Source of the DNA: Bdellovibrionales bacterium
GTDB lineage: Bacteria > Bdellovibrionota > Bdellovibrionia > Bdellovibrionales > UBA1609
NCBI GenBank assembly: GCA_027317865.1
Contig: DAHVQG010000002.1
Location: 224,001-288,000, forward strand
DNA: 64,000 nt
Direction of reading: 5' to 3'
In this document: piece after piece, positions 42,405 to 50,654 of the stretch
Position numbering within the stretch: position 1 is the stretch's first letter
How the letters are laid out: each line of letters opens with the position of its first letter
Position numbers and translations under genes: made by a program
The notes under the pieces: generated by a model
Told to the model about the DNA's origin: nothing
The model's input: the letters and a program-made list of their open reading frames with translations, nothing else
The model's database searches: none

Positions 42405-43388
42405 ATGAGAAATAGCTTACAAACAGTTATGATAATCCTTGCCGCAGCCTTTCTCATCGCGGGCTGCAGCTCGAACAATAAGGGCGGCAACAACTCAAAT
42501 CGCTCCCCCGCTTCAAACGGAGGAGCACCCGTCGGGGCCGTCGCCAATTCCTCCTGTTACAACGGGCGTTGTTTGCAAACAATGCCCTTTAGTCAAATAG
42601 TCGATCCTCAAGATTACATTTACAAAAATCCAAACTCATTCCCCTACCCGTCTTTGCGCCCACAATATCAGGTGCCCACTCACATGATAGATCTTGCATA
42701 CGTGAATGCTTCTTGGCCGCTGTCAAAAAGTTTTACCGTCGGCGACTTTATGGACTATAACCACGGCCGCTATGCTATTTTTTCACCGGCTGTCGTCAAT
42801 ATCATGCAAGACATCCAAAACGACGCGAATACCCCGATTTGGATTACCAGCGGATATCGAAGCCCCACCCATAACGCACAAGTTGGAGGCGTAGCCTGGT
42901 CCCGACATCAGTACGGTGACGCAGTTGATTTTACTAGTCCTTCGCCTAATTATTCGTTTCTTCAAAGTCTTTGCCTGAAATACGACGCCAGCTTCACACT
43001 TATATATACAAATCACATTCACTGTGATTGGCGAAAGTATCCACTTGATCCGGCGTTTTACGGCTCAAATGCGATTCATTTGAACTCTTTGGTTAAGACC
43101 ACAGTTGTACCGCCATACGGACACTACGGCACGGTAAAGGTACCCGCTCAAATCGTGCCACTTATTTCAAGAGACGGCCGATTCGTTCGATTTAGTGTCA
43201 CAATAAAAGACGTCGATCTTGAGGGCCACCTAATTTACAAGTGGCAAGTAACAACCGCACTCGAAAAAAAACTGGCATCAAGCCATTCGTCGATCGAACT
43301 GCCGATTGCCCAAGCCCCGTACAAAATCGACGTGGTTGTTGGCGGATTCATTCATTTACAAAAAACCTGGCCGGCTCAAACAAATTAA
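42405..43388 (+). CDS. Lipoprotein with peptidase M15A (D-Ala-D-Ala carboxypeptidase-like) domain
   Basis: Lipobox IAGC; ITSGYRS..HN..VGG...SRH..G.A.D; HIHCD. Confidence 0.85.
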   Translation: MRNSLQTVMIILAAAFLIAGCSSNNKGGNNSNRSPASNGGAPVGAVANSSCYNGRCLQTMPFSQIVDPQDYIYKNPNSFPYPSLRPQYQVPTHMIDLAYVNASWPLSKSFTVGDFMDYNHGRYAIFSPAVVNIMQDIQNDANTPIWITSGYRSPTHNAQVGGVAWSRHQYGDAVDFTSPSPNYSFLQSLCLKYDASFTLIYTNHIHCDWRKYPLDPAFYGSNAIHLNSLVKTTVVPPYGHYGTVKVPAQIVPLISRDGRFVRFSVTIKDVDLEGHLIYKWQVTTALEKKLASSHSSIELPIAQAPYKIDVVVGGFIHLQKTWPAQTN

Positions 43389-43404
43389 TTTAGACTCGCT
43401 GAGA

Positions 43405-43836
43405 ATGTTTATTAAATTTCATAACTCCAGATATTTAATTGTTTTGGATCGCAACCAACCCCTTTTACAATCACTGACCGAACTCGCCCAGAAGCACAAT
43501 ATTTTAGGGGGGTCACTGAACGGTATCGGCGCCTTGAAAAATGTCGAGCTTGGTTATTACGAACTCCACAAAAAAGAGTACGTTCGAAAATTTTTTAACA
43601 ATGAAGACTTTGAACTTCTTACGCTTAGCGGAAACGTAAGTTGGCGCGACGGGGCCCCTTATATTCATGCCCACACGGCTTTGGGCCGGTCTGACTTTTC
43701 GGTTATAGGAGGCCATTTATTTGAAGCCCAAGTCGCAGTTACGGCTGAGATCTATTTAACTCCATTTGGCGTGATGCCTGAGCGCACCCCCCAGCCCGAA
43801 TTAGGCCTGCAAACAATTACTCACTGCCGACTGTAA
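43405..43836 (+). CDS. PPC/DUF296 domain protein
   Basis: GIGAL, ELLTLSGN, HAH, GGHL, VTAEI. Confidence 0.88.
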   Translation: MFIKFHNSRYLIVLDRNQPLLQSLTELAQKHNILGGSLNGIGALKNVELGYYELHKKEYVRKFFNNEDFELLTLSGNVSWRDGAPYIHAHTALGRSDFSVIGGHLFEAQVAVTAEIYLTPFGVMPERTPQPELGLQTITHCRL

Positions 43837-44018
43837 ACTCGATTTATAGTGGGTTTGGTTAATTTTCTGGTCCACAATCCACTTTGCAATTTTTTGTACC
43901 TATGTTACATGATTGTTAAGTTAAATGTCCCTGTTCCGAGAGAGTTTTGCGTCTGTTTCTCTAGTTCCGAGATCACCGACCTTCTCTTGAGCCAGGTTAC
44001 CCTGAGGAGGTTTAATCA

Positions 44019-44339
44019 ATGGGTAAAAAGCTATATGTAGGGAATCTTCCCTATTCCACCGACGATGCCGTCTTACAAAACTTTTTTGAAGGCGCAGGCG
44101 CAGTTGCCTCGGCGCGCGTGATCATGGATCGCGCCACCGGCCGCTCGAAAGGTTTTGGTTTCGTCGAAATGAATTCAGACGAAGACGCACAAAAAGCCAT
44201 TAGCGAATTAGATGGCAAAGAAATCGACGGACGAAAAGTTCGCGTTTCTGAAGCTAAACCGCAAGAACCACGCGAAAATCGTGGCTTTGGCGGTGGTGGC
44301 AACCGAGGATTCAGCGGTGGCCGCGGCGGTCGCTACTAA
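44019..44339 (+). CDS. RRM RNA-binding protein
   Basis: RNP2 LYVGNL, RNP1 KGFGFVEM, Gly/Arg-rich tail; SD GAGGAGG. Confidence 0.96.
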   Translation: MGKKLYVGNLPYSTDDAVLQNFFEGAGAVASARVIMDRATGRSKGFGFVEMNSDEDAQKAISELDGKEIDGRKVRVSEAKPQEPRENRGFGGGGNRGFSGGRGGRY

Positions 44340-44385
44340 TCCAGTTATCACTACTGGCAATTAAAAGTTTTATTTTGCACTTTTG

Positions 44386-44416
44386 GGCCGTCGAAATATA
44401 AAGCGACGGCCTTTTT
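44386..44416 (+). terminator. Rho-independent terminator of the RRM gene
   Basis: GGCCGTCG-10 nt loop-CGACGGCC followed by TTTTT. Confidence 0.8.
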
Positions 44417-44457
44417 GTTAATTTGCTACTTTGACTCTCAGCTGGGAGTTTTGTGAA

Positions 44458-45363
44458 TTGAAAATACTGGTTGCTGGCGGCACGGGCTTTCTTGGCTCAA
44501 ATCTCGTAAAAAAGCTAATTGAACGTCATCACGAAATCGTATTACTCACAAGAAGACCGGCCTACGGCCAGAAAACTTCTACTTATCAAGTTGTACATTG
44601 GCCCCTCACTCATGACTCCGATTTGACAATTGCCCGACAATGTCAGGCGATAGTGAACCTTGCGGGCGAATCGATCGCGGGTCACTACTGGAGCGAAAAC
44701 AGAAAAAATCTCATTCGCCTCTCGCGAATTCAGTTTACGCGCGATCTCGTCGATGCCGTTGCCACTTCGGCCGAACTGAAAATATTCTTGTCAGGGTCGG
44801 CTACCGGATTTTATGGCGACAGAAAGTCAGAATTATTAACTGAAGAATCACCCCGAGGCACCGGTTTTCTGGCTGATGTCTGTCGCGCGTGGGAGGCAGA
44901 AGCGAATGTTTTAAGAGTAAATTCAAATATTCGAGTCGTAAATCTTCGCACCGGCACTGTACTTGCGCGGGGATGCGGATTTTTAGGCGAAATAGAACGT
45001 CTTTATCGCCTGCATCTCGGCGGGCCCGCAGGTTCAGGAGATCAGTTTATAAGTTGGATTCATTTGTCGGATTGGTTAAATGCTGTTCTTTTTATTTTAG
45101 AAAATGCCACAATTTCTGGCCCCGTGAATCTGGTCGCACCCGAACCAATTACAAACGGCGCGTTTAGCCGCTTTTATCGAACAATTTTAAATAAACCCTT
45201 TCAGGTGCCGGCCCCTGAAATCGTACTGAAGCTCATCCTCGGCGAACAGTCTGCGCTTTTGCTTGAAAGTCAAAACGCACGGCCAAAAAAATTAGACGAA
45301 TACGGATTTCGTTTTGAGTATCCTTCGCTTCGAGACGCTTTAGAAGAGATATATAAATCGTAG
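44458..45363 (+). CDS. TIGR01777-family NAD-dependent epimerase/oxidoreductase
   Basis: GGTGFLG, VNLAGESI, SATGFYG, FLADVC..WE, SWIH..D, GPVN..AP. Confidence 0.92.
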   Translation: MKILVAGGTGFLGSNLVKKLIERHHEIVLLTRRPAYGQKTSTYQVVHWPLTHDSDLTIARQCQAIVNLAGESIAGHYWSENRKNLIRLSRIQFTRDLVDAVATSAELKIFLSGSATGFYGDRKSELLTEESPRGTGFLADVCRAWEAEANVLRVNSNIRVVNLRTGTVLARGCGFLGEIERLYRLHLGGPAGSGDQFISWIHLSDWLNAVLFILENATISGPVNLVAPEPITNGAFSRFYRTILNKPFQVPAPEIVLKLILGEQSALLLESQNARPKKLDEYGFRFEYPSLRDALEEIYKS

Positions 45364-45510
45364 CTTCTTTAAACCCTAGCGATGAGCGGGAGGGACGTGA
45401 ATAACGTACCTTTTGACTTTCGCGAGGGGGGAGGGGGAAAGTGCCCATCGCCAGAGCTTAAGAAGTGACCGAGCCAACGTTCTAGTTCAACCGACGAACC
45501 ACGTGAACCA
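45364..45510 (-). ncRNA. Candidate structured small RNA, unassigned family; ends approximate
   Basis: Arms 45364-45387 and 45443-45465 form a ~23-bp stem whose four mismatches are all G-U on the minus strand; two inner hairpins and C-rich single-stranded segments. Confidence 0.5.
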
Positions 45511-45720
45511 GTAAAGCAAATATCTCGCCACAAAGATTACCTATCTATTACCCGCTAATTCGATATTACGGGCCTCGATTTTGAAATACGGGACGCTTGT
45601 CGTCACTCGATGCGCACAAATTGTGAACGCTTGAGGTTCACTAGTTCCGCTAAAAATACTTTCAAACAGTGTCTATTTTTTCGACAGACTATTGCCCGCA
45701 TTTTGCAACGTTATAGTTAA

Positions 45721-46017
45721 ATGCAGACCATGCTCGAGGCCATCGCTCAATTACGTCGCCAAGGTTACAAACACGATTTTACACTTGAAGAATTGCGCCA
45801 ATTTGACCCCGAGCAATTTGGCCACGATTACGTTGTCGATCAAACTTACCGTTTTGATGAACTGTCTGATCCCGAAGATCAGTCGACCCTTTACGCCGTT
45901 TCTTCAAGGGACGGCCGCACCCATGGGATTTTAGTCAATGGCTATGGTTTATATTCAGATCCCGTTGTCACGGGCCTTCTTGATCACCTTGAAGCCAGAC
46001 GGAACGAGCGCAACTGA
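45721..46017 (+). CDS. Conserved hypothetical protein
   Basis: YRFDELSDPEDQSTLYAV...GILVNGYG; resembles a small family often mislabelled PRPP synthetase. Confidence 0.7.
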   Translation: MQTMLEAIAQLRRQGYKHDFTLEELRQFDPEQFGHDYVVDQTYRFDELSDPEDQSTLYAVSSRDGRTHGILVNGYGLYSDPVVTGLLDHLEARRNERN

Positions 46018-46140
46018 GCCTGAGCCGCAAGAGTCATACAGTCGCCCTCGTGCTGACAAATACATCGCGTCGCTTTTGGCGCGCCGAAGTGGTCAACTTG
46101 GGCAATTTCTGTTAGAATGTGTCGAATATAAATGTCTCTT

Positions 46141-46493
46141 GGGGGCGTAACGGCTTCGACGTGGGTCGTGAAGCTTAAGGAGCATGCCGGGGCGATCGGA
46201 CCTCGTTAAAAACTGGTCAAACTGTTAATTGGCAACACCAATTTTCAACTTGCTGCCTAATTAGGTTCAGCACGCCGACTGTGGGAGTGGTGGCGGCTCA
46301 TAGAAGGCGTCATTTAGTCACCTCGATTGTTCGTGGCTTCTCTGCGCGAGCGGTTTAAATTTTTCAGAGGATGGCCATTTGCGAGTTTGTTTGTGGACGC
46401 GCAACTGGCAACATAAATCACAAACTAAGCATGTAGTTTGGCCTTAATGTGAATCACCTGCGGACCCGGGTTCAACTCCCGGCGCCTCCACCA
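46141..46493 (+). ncRNA. ssrA: tmRNA
   Basis: 5' GGGGGCGTAACGGCTTCGAC; 3' CCCGGGTTCAACTCCCGGCGCCTCCACCA; acceptor stem with G3-U; tag frame 46231-46260 GNTNFQLAA-stop; CTAAGCATGTAG element; 353 nt. Confidence 0.97.
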
Positions 46494-48158
46494 ATTTCGA
46501 CCCCTTGTCAATTCGACAAGGAGATCGAACTCTTTTCTGTAAGAAAATTCGAGACTTCCGCCTTTTAAAATCGGGTTCGATAAGACAACTTTGGCAAGTC
46601 TCGCCTTGTCGAGCAGATTTGTACCCAACTGCATGAAATCGCGCGACTTTTGCAGGAGTTCTATAACTCTCAGACTCGTAGTCAAAGTCTCCTGACTTGC
46701 TTTGGTATGGGCGACGATCTCAATGTCAATTTCGCCAAGAACTTTTCGCTTTTGATCGACGAAGCAATTGAATTCTTCTTCGGTCACAGCGCCTTTTTCG
46801 ACAAGCGTTTTTATATCCTGACAGCGTTTTTCGATGGCTGCCTTTTTCGCTTCAAGCACGGAACTTTGCTCCGCCGAAAAAACACTCAATGCGCTTGCCG
46901 ACGTTTTCACGTTCTCAATAAACGCGGCCGTTGTTTTCGGTGTGAATTTTGAGAATGGCTCGAAAGCTTCAACGACTCTGCTCAGGATTTCTTCCTGGCG
47001 AACGTTGATACGTCGCTCGGGGCAATCATGGCTTGCACAATGGTAATAAATATAAACTTTGCCGCTCGCTTTCTTGTGAACCTCTCCGGTAACAGAATTT
47101 CCGCAAACGCCGCACTTCATAAAATTCATAAACGGTTTTGCTATTTCATGAGAAAGCGACACTCTGGTACTCTCGGCTCGAATCGATTTCACGCGCTGAC
47201 AGCGATCAAAGAGGTCTTTTGATATAATGGGCGCGTGTTTTTCGTTCCCGGTCATAACGGTCGCACCATTTTTTGTGCGGGCTCCGTAATAAAACGGATT
47301 GCAAATCATTTTCTCGATGCAACGATCAGTAATTGGTTGGAATTCCTTTTTTTTAGAAATCTCGCCACCCACGTCCTCGCGCACCCGTTTTAATACTACG
47401 ACGGCTTTGCCTTTAAGAAATTCGGCAAGAGCTTTGTAGGAATAATTCCCGGTGGAATACAATTCGAATGCCTCGGCGATATAGCGCGCTACTTTTTCAT
47501 CAAGTTCAATCTTGGCCCGGCCGTTATCATCGCGCACATTTTTATATCCCACTGGAGCCATACTGTTCCAATAGCCGTCTTCCCATCTTTGATCCATGCC
47601 CTTCTTAATTTCGATTCTCAAGTTGTCGATATAATGCTTGGCCAAAACCACTCCCAGATAAAATCGAAGTTTTTCGCCGGGCGACGAATCTCGATTCACA
47701 ACGAGGTTGTCTCGCGTGAAGTGAAAGCAAACGCCGGCTTCAACTAAATCTTCGATCATCACGGCGGCTCGAAGCCCGCGACAGGCACGATCAATTTTAT
47801 CAAAAATCACGTTTCTAATACCGTTCATGGACACGTATTCGAGCATTTCAAAAAACTTTTTTCGATCGAGTTCTTTAGATGCCGACTCGGTAACCGACCA
47901 GCTATTTACGCATTTGAGCCCAAGGCTCTTAATATACTCGGCTGATTTATCTCTTTGTGCTTCAAGTGAATAGCCCTCTCGTTGTCCTTCCGATGAAACT
48001 CGGAAAAACTCAACAGCTAGATTTGGAGCTGCCGCAGTCTTTAACAGTTTGAGCACTGGCAAGGTTGGTCGCCGTTCAATTTTTTTCCGTTCATCTTTCA
48101 GAAGAATTTTTGCGATCTGCGCCCTTTCTTCGTCAGGAAGCTCTTTTGCGTTGTTCAA
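46425..48158 (-). CDS. Large serine recombinase (integrase)
   Basis: FRVSSEGQ catalytic Ser, SLEAQ, ESAS, DKIDRACR, APVGY, NPFYYG, HAPIISKDLFDRCQ, Zn ribbon CGVCG..YYHC; likely TTG start 48158 after AAAGGAG. Confidence 0.93.
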   Translation of the reverse strand: MNNAKELPDEERAQIAKILLKDERKKIERRPTLPVLKLLKTAAAPNLAVEFFRVSSEGQREGYSLEAQRDKSAEYIKSLGLKCVNSWSVTESASKELDRKKFFEMLEYVSMNGIRNVIFDKIDRACRGLRAAVMIEDLVEAGVCFHFTRDNLVVNRDSSPGEKLRFYLGVVLAKHYIDNLRIEIKKGMDQRWEDGYWNSMAPVGYKNVRDDNGRAKIELDEKVARYIAEAFELYSTGNYSYKALAEFLKGKAVVVLKRVREDVGGEISKKKEFQPITDRCIEKMICNPFYYGARTKNGATVMTGNEKHAPIISKDLFDRCQRVKSIRAESTRVSLSHEIAKPFMNFMKCGVCGNSVTGEVHKKASGKVYIYYHCASHDCPERRINVRQEEILSRVVEAFEPFSKFTPKTTAAFIENVKTSASALSVFSAEQSSVLEAKKAAIEKRCQDIKTLVEKGAVTEEEFNCFVDQKRKVLGEIDIEIVAHTKASQETLTTSLRVIELLQKSRDFMQLGTNLLDKARLAKVVLSNPILKGGSLEFSYRKEFDLLVELTRGRNWWRRRELNPGPQVIHIKAKLHA

Positions 48159-48162
48159 TTGA

Positions 48163-48522
48163 CTAACTCCTTTCATCAACAAAACTTTTGAGATCGCTCT
48201 CAAAATCAGAGAGTTTTCTAATTTCAATATCCATCATCAAATCAATAAATCGTTTCAGGCTCGACAGGTTAGTTGATTTTTTGCTCCGTAAATATGTAGC
48301 TCGCGATTTGTTTCTCTTGCAGCTTTTGCAGACTGTATCCTGGCGTTTTCCCTTCGAATAAAATTCAGACGCCGGAAGACTTTGTAAGCATGTAGTACAA
48401 GATTTTTTAACTATAGTCCGCGTCGCTTCGATCGAATCGGGAGATTTCAACCCATTTTTGGTTGTGATGATAAGGCCCCTAAAAAATTGTAGGACAATAA
48501 TCCGCCCCGAGGAGCGAGGCAA
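48163..48522 (-). CDS. Small basic protein with CxxC...CxxC zinc finger; start uncertain
   Basis: KSCTTCLQSLPASEFYSKGKRQDTVCKSCKR; stop adjoins the recombinase SD. Confidence 0.6.
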   Translation of the reverse strand: MPRSSGRIIVLQFFRGLIITTKNGLKSPDSIEATRTIVKKSCTTCLQSLPASEFYSKGKRQDTVCKSCKRNKSRATYLRSKKSTNLSSLKRFIDLMMDIEIRKLSDFESDLKSFVDERS

Positions 48523-48572
48523 ATACGCCTCGCACCTCCCGTTTGTTCACAATTAGTCGCCACTGTGAAATG

Positions 48573-48986
48573 TCATACCGACGATGGTTCAGTCGATCGC
48601 CTTGATCTCGGTTTTCTCACCTTGGATGTTTTAATGAACTCGCTAATTGAGGAGGCGAGCGCCTCGTCCGATTCAGATTTATCGATTAGCGAACGTAAAT
48701 AGGCTCGCTTGTCGAAGAATTTCTTTTCAAGCCAGGAGCGATCGTTCGCAATGTATCGATCGAAGAAACGCTCGATTATCGCATTTACAAGCTTCGACTC
48801 GTTTACCTTAAATTGACTGCCCGATTGCCGAATTCGCGCCACTTCGCTTGTCAGTTGCGAAATCAGGTCATCCGATATTGCGAGCCGCTTGGGCTCACCA
48901 GTGTTGGAAGAACTGTCGCTCACACGCGGGCTCGTTAATTTTATCGCAGTCTGTCGGCGATGATACACTGTTTGATTTTTGAGCAC
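48573..48986 (-). CDS. Hypothetical protein, possibly DNA-binding
   Basis: 137-aa helical basic ORF (VNESKLVNAIIERFF); GTG start. Confidence 0.55.
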   Translation of the reverse strand: MLKNQTVYHRRQTAIKLTSPRVSDSSSNTGEPKRLAISDDLISQLTSEVARIRQSGSQFKVNESKLVNAIIERFFDRYIANDRSWLEKKFFDKRAYLRSLIDKSESDEALASSISEFIKTSKVRKPRSRRSTEPSSV

Positions 48987-49152
48987 TGTTTGTATCTTTG
49001 CACTGTGGCAGGTCTAACGCCGGCACTTCATATGGATCTGGATCATAGCACGGGCTGGGTGCAAACTTTCGCAGACAAAACATCAACATTAAAAGGCCCA
49101 GCACTAACGAAGTGAACATGAAAAACAACCCCGTCCGATTATATTTATTCAC
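48895..49152 (-). CDS. Hypothetical small membrane-anchored protein
   Basis: GTGA coupling to the upstream gene; single TM. Confidence 0.45.
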   Translation of the reverse strand: MNKYNRTGLFFMFTSLVLGLLMLMFCLRKFAPSPCYDPDPYEVPALDLPQCKDTNSAQKSNSVSSPTDCDKINEPACERQFFQHW

Positions 49153-49517
49153 TTCGAATCATCTGGGAGAAGAAAGATATTCTGTCCGTTTGCCGTCGTT
49201 GAAATCGGATCGCTACCGTAAAAGCCGGATACGCCGAACTTTTCGAGATTAAAAAGCGTGTCGCGCCGAACGTCAGCGTCTCGCTTCTCAAGCCCTTGAT
49301 AGGTTGCATAGCCGGCAATGCCGCCTATCGCGGCCGATATTAGAGCGCTTGTGAGCACGGCTTGACCCTTGTTTTGACTGTCGTGCAGGGCATTGGCGCC
49401 AATGGCACCAACAGCCGCGCCAGTTCCGATACCAAGTAGTGACGACTCCGTCACAGTGGCGCAACCTTGCAGAATACCGAAAAGTAATAGAAAACAACCC
49501 ACGCACATTCGATTAAT
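49149..49517 (-). CDS. Glycine-zipper lipoprotein; start ATT 49517 or ATG 49508
   Basis: Lipobox LQGC; GIGTGAAVGAIG...AAIGGIAGY; SD AAAGGAGG. Confidence 0.7.
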   Translation of the reverse strand: MNRMCVGCFLLLFGILQGCATVTESSLLGIGTGAAVGAIGANALHDSQNKGQAVLTSALISAAIGGIAGYATYQGLEKRDADVRRDTLFNLEKFGVSGFYGSDPISTTANGQNIFLLPDDSK

Positions 49518-49869
49518 ACATCCTCCTTTTAACTCTTGATTTCACGAGAACTTTGTCTCCAACCAAAGAATAATTTTATTTATCAAAATGACTCCTAAAT
49601 TGATCGTTTCATATGATTGTTACTTCGTATAAAAGCGGCGGTTATAGATGCGCGACCGCAGCTCCATAATACCGACACTCATATCTGGATTACTTCGCTT
49701 ATATTTATCAACTCAATGCTAAAGACTTGTACGCACTATCTCTTGTATGACGATTTAACGACCGTAAATATCATCATCATTAAACATACTTTCAAAAACT
49801 CGATATTCTTCTGACTCCCCCGGAAAATCAAAAATAGTGTCCAGTAGTTTCAATTACTTGCGAAGCTCT

Positions 49870-49902
49870 GGCCCCAACTCCAGTTGGGGCCTAGTTGGGG
49901 CC
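49870..49902. repeat. Perfect inverted repeat plus direct repeat (oriT candidate)
   Basis: GGCCCCAACT-CC-AGTTGGGGCC-T-AGTTGGGGCC, next to the nuclease gene stop. Confidence 0.7.
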
Positions 49903-49903
49903 G

Positions 49904-50653
49904 CTATCGGAGAAGAAATGTGGCATTTTTTCGATTTGTAAACGGCAGAGGTGATGCACCACTTCGAACAACATCCATCGTGCATGTGTAGATTTTGGGT
50001 TCAAACTGGGATTCGAATTCAGAGTCGACTCTACGGATAGATTTCTCAATTCTGGCGTCACCGCAAACATATAATGCCGCGACGATATCGTGTGAAAAGT
50101 AATACTCCGTAAGTTTTTTGCCATACCGGACGCCGCTCTTTTCAGATGCCTCAAATTCAAGGGCCAAGCGAAACGATTTTTCCTGGCCCCTCAGTACCAA
50201 GACTGCATCCGCGTTAACAGTGCCAAACGGCCCATACTCCAAAGAAGTAGTCAGTTCTCCGCAAGCTTGGAGCATATTTTCTGATATGTAATCTTCAAAC
50301 ATAGCCGATTTTTCTAGCCGCGTTCGAATATCAGTCAGGGCAACGTCATGCAAATAGGAGTCGCTTTTGAAGTAAGCTTGCGTTATTTCAAATCGATAAT
50401 CTTTGCGAACTACGTTGAATCCTTTTTCGGTTAGACCATATATCAGTTCAAGTGAGCCGCCGCTAGGTATGCCGATTTTTGACAGATATCCATCCCGCAC
50501 AAGCCGCCCCAACCGGTATTGAACGGTTGGCCGTTTTGTCGACTCGAATAATCGGCACCGTATTTGGTCGTAGCTAATGGCCCGCTGCTCGAACGCAAAT
50601 TTCATAACCTTCCGGTCGCGCTCGGTAATCTGGACAGGACCCGTGCGCCGCAT
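49904..50653 (-). CDS. Replication-relaxation (Replic_Relax)-like protein: winged HTH plus PD-(D/E)XK-like domain
   Basis: ITERDR, RLGRLVRDGYL, YGLTEKG, HDVAL, ADAVL, LALEFEASEK...YGKKLTEY. Confidence 0.7.
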   Translation of the reverse strand: MRRTGPVQITERDRKVMKFAFEQRAISYDQIRCRLFESTKRPTVQYRLGRLVRDGYLSKIGIPSGGSLELIYGLTEKGFNVVRKDYRFEITQAYFKSDSYLHDVALTDIRTRLEKSAMFEDYISENMLQACGELTTSLEYGPFGTVNADAVLVLRGQEKSFRLALEFEASEKSGVRYGKKLTEYYFSHDIVAALYVCGDARIEKSIRRVDSEFESQFEPKIYTCTMDVVRSGASPLPFTNRKNATFLLR

Positions 50654-50654
50654 T

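Noticed and set aside
45233-45448. 71-aa minus-strand ORF over the structured region
   Set aside because: Mostly antisense to the TIGR01777 gene with no recognisable motif; the RNA structure explains the sequence better
46461-46493. tRNA-like T-arm and CCA as a separate tRNA gene
   Set aside because: It is the 3' tRNA-like domain of the tmRNA and pairs with the 5' end at 46141; there is no anticodon arm
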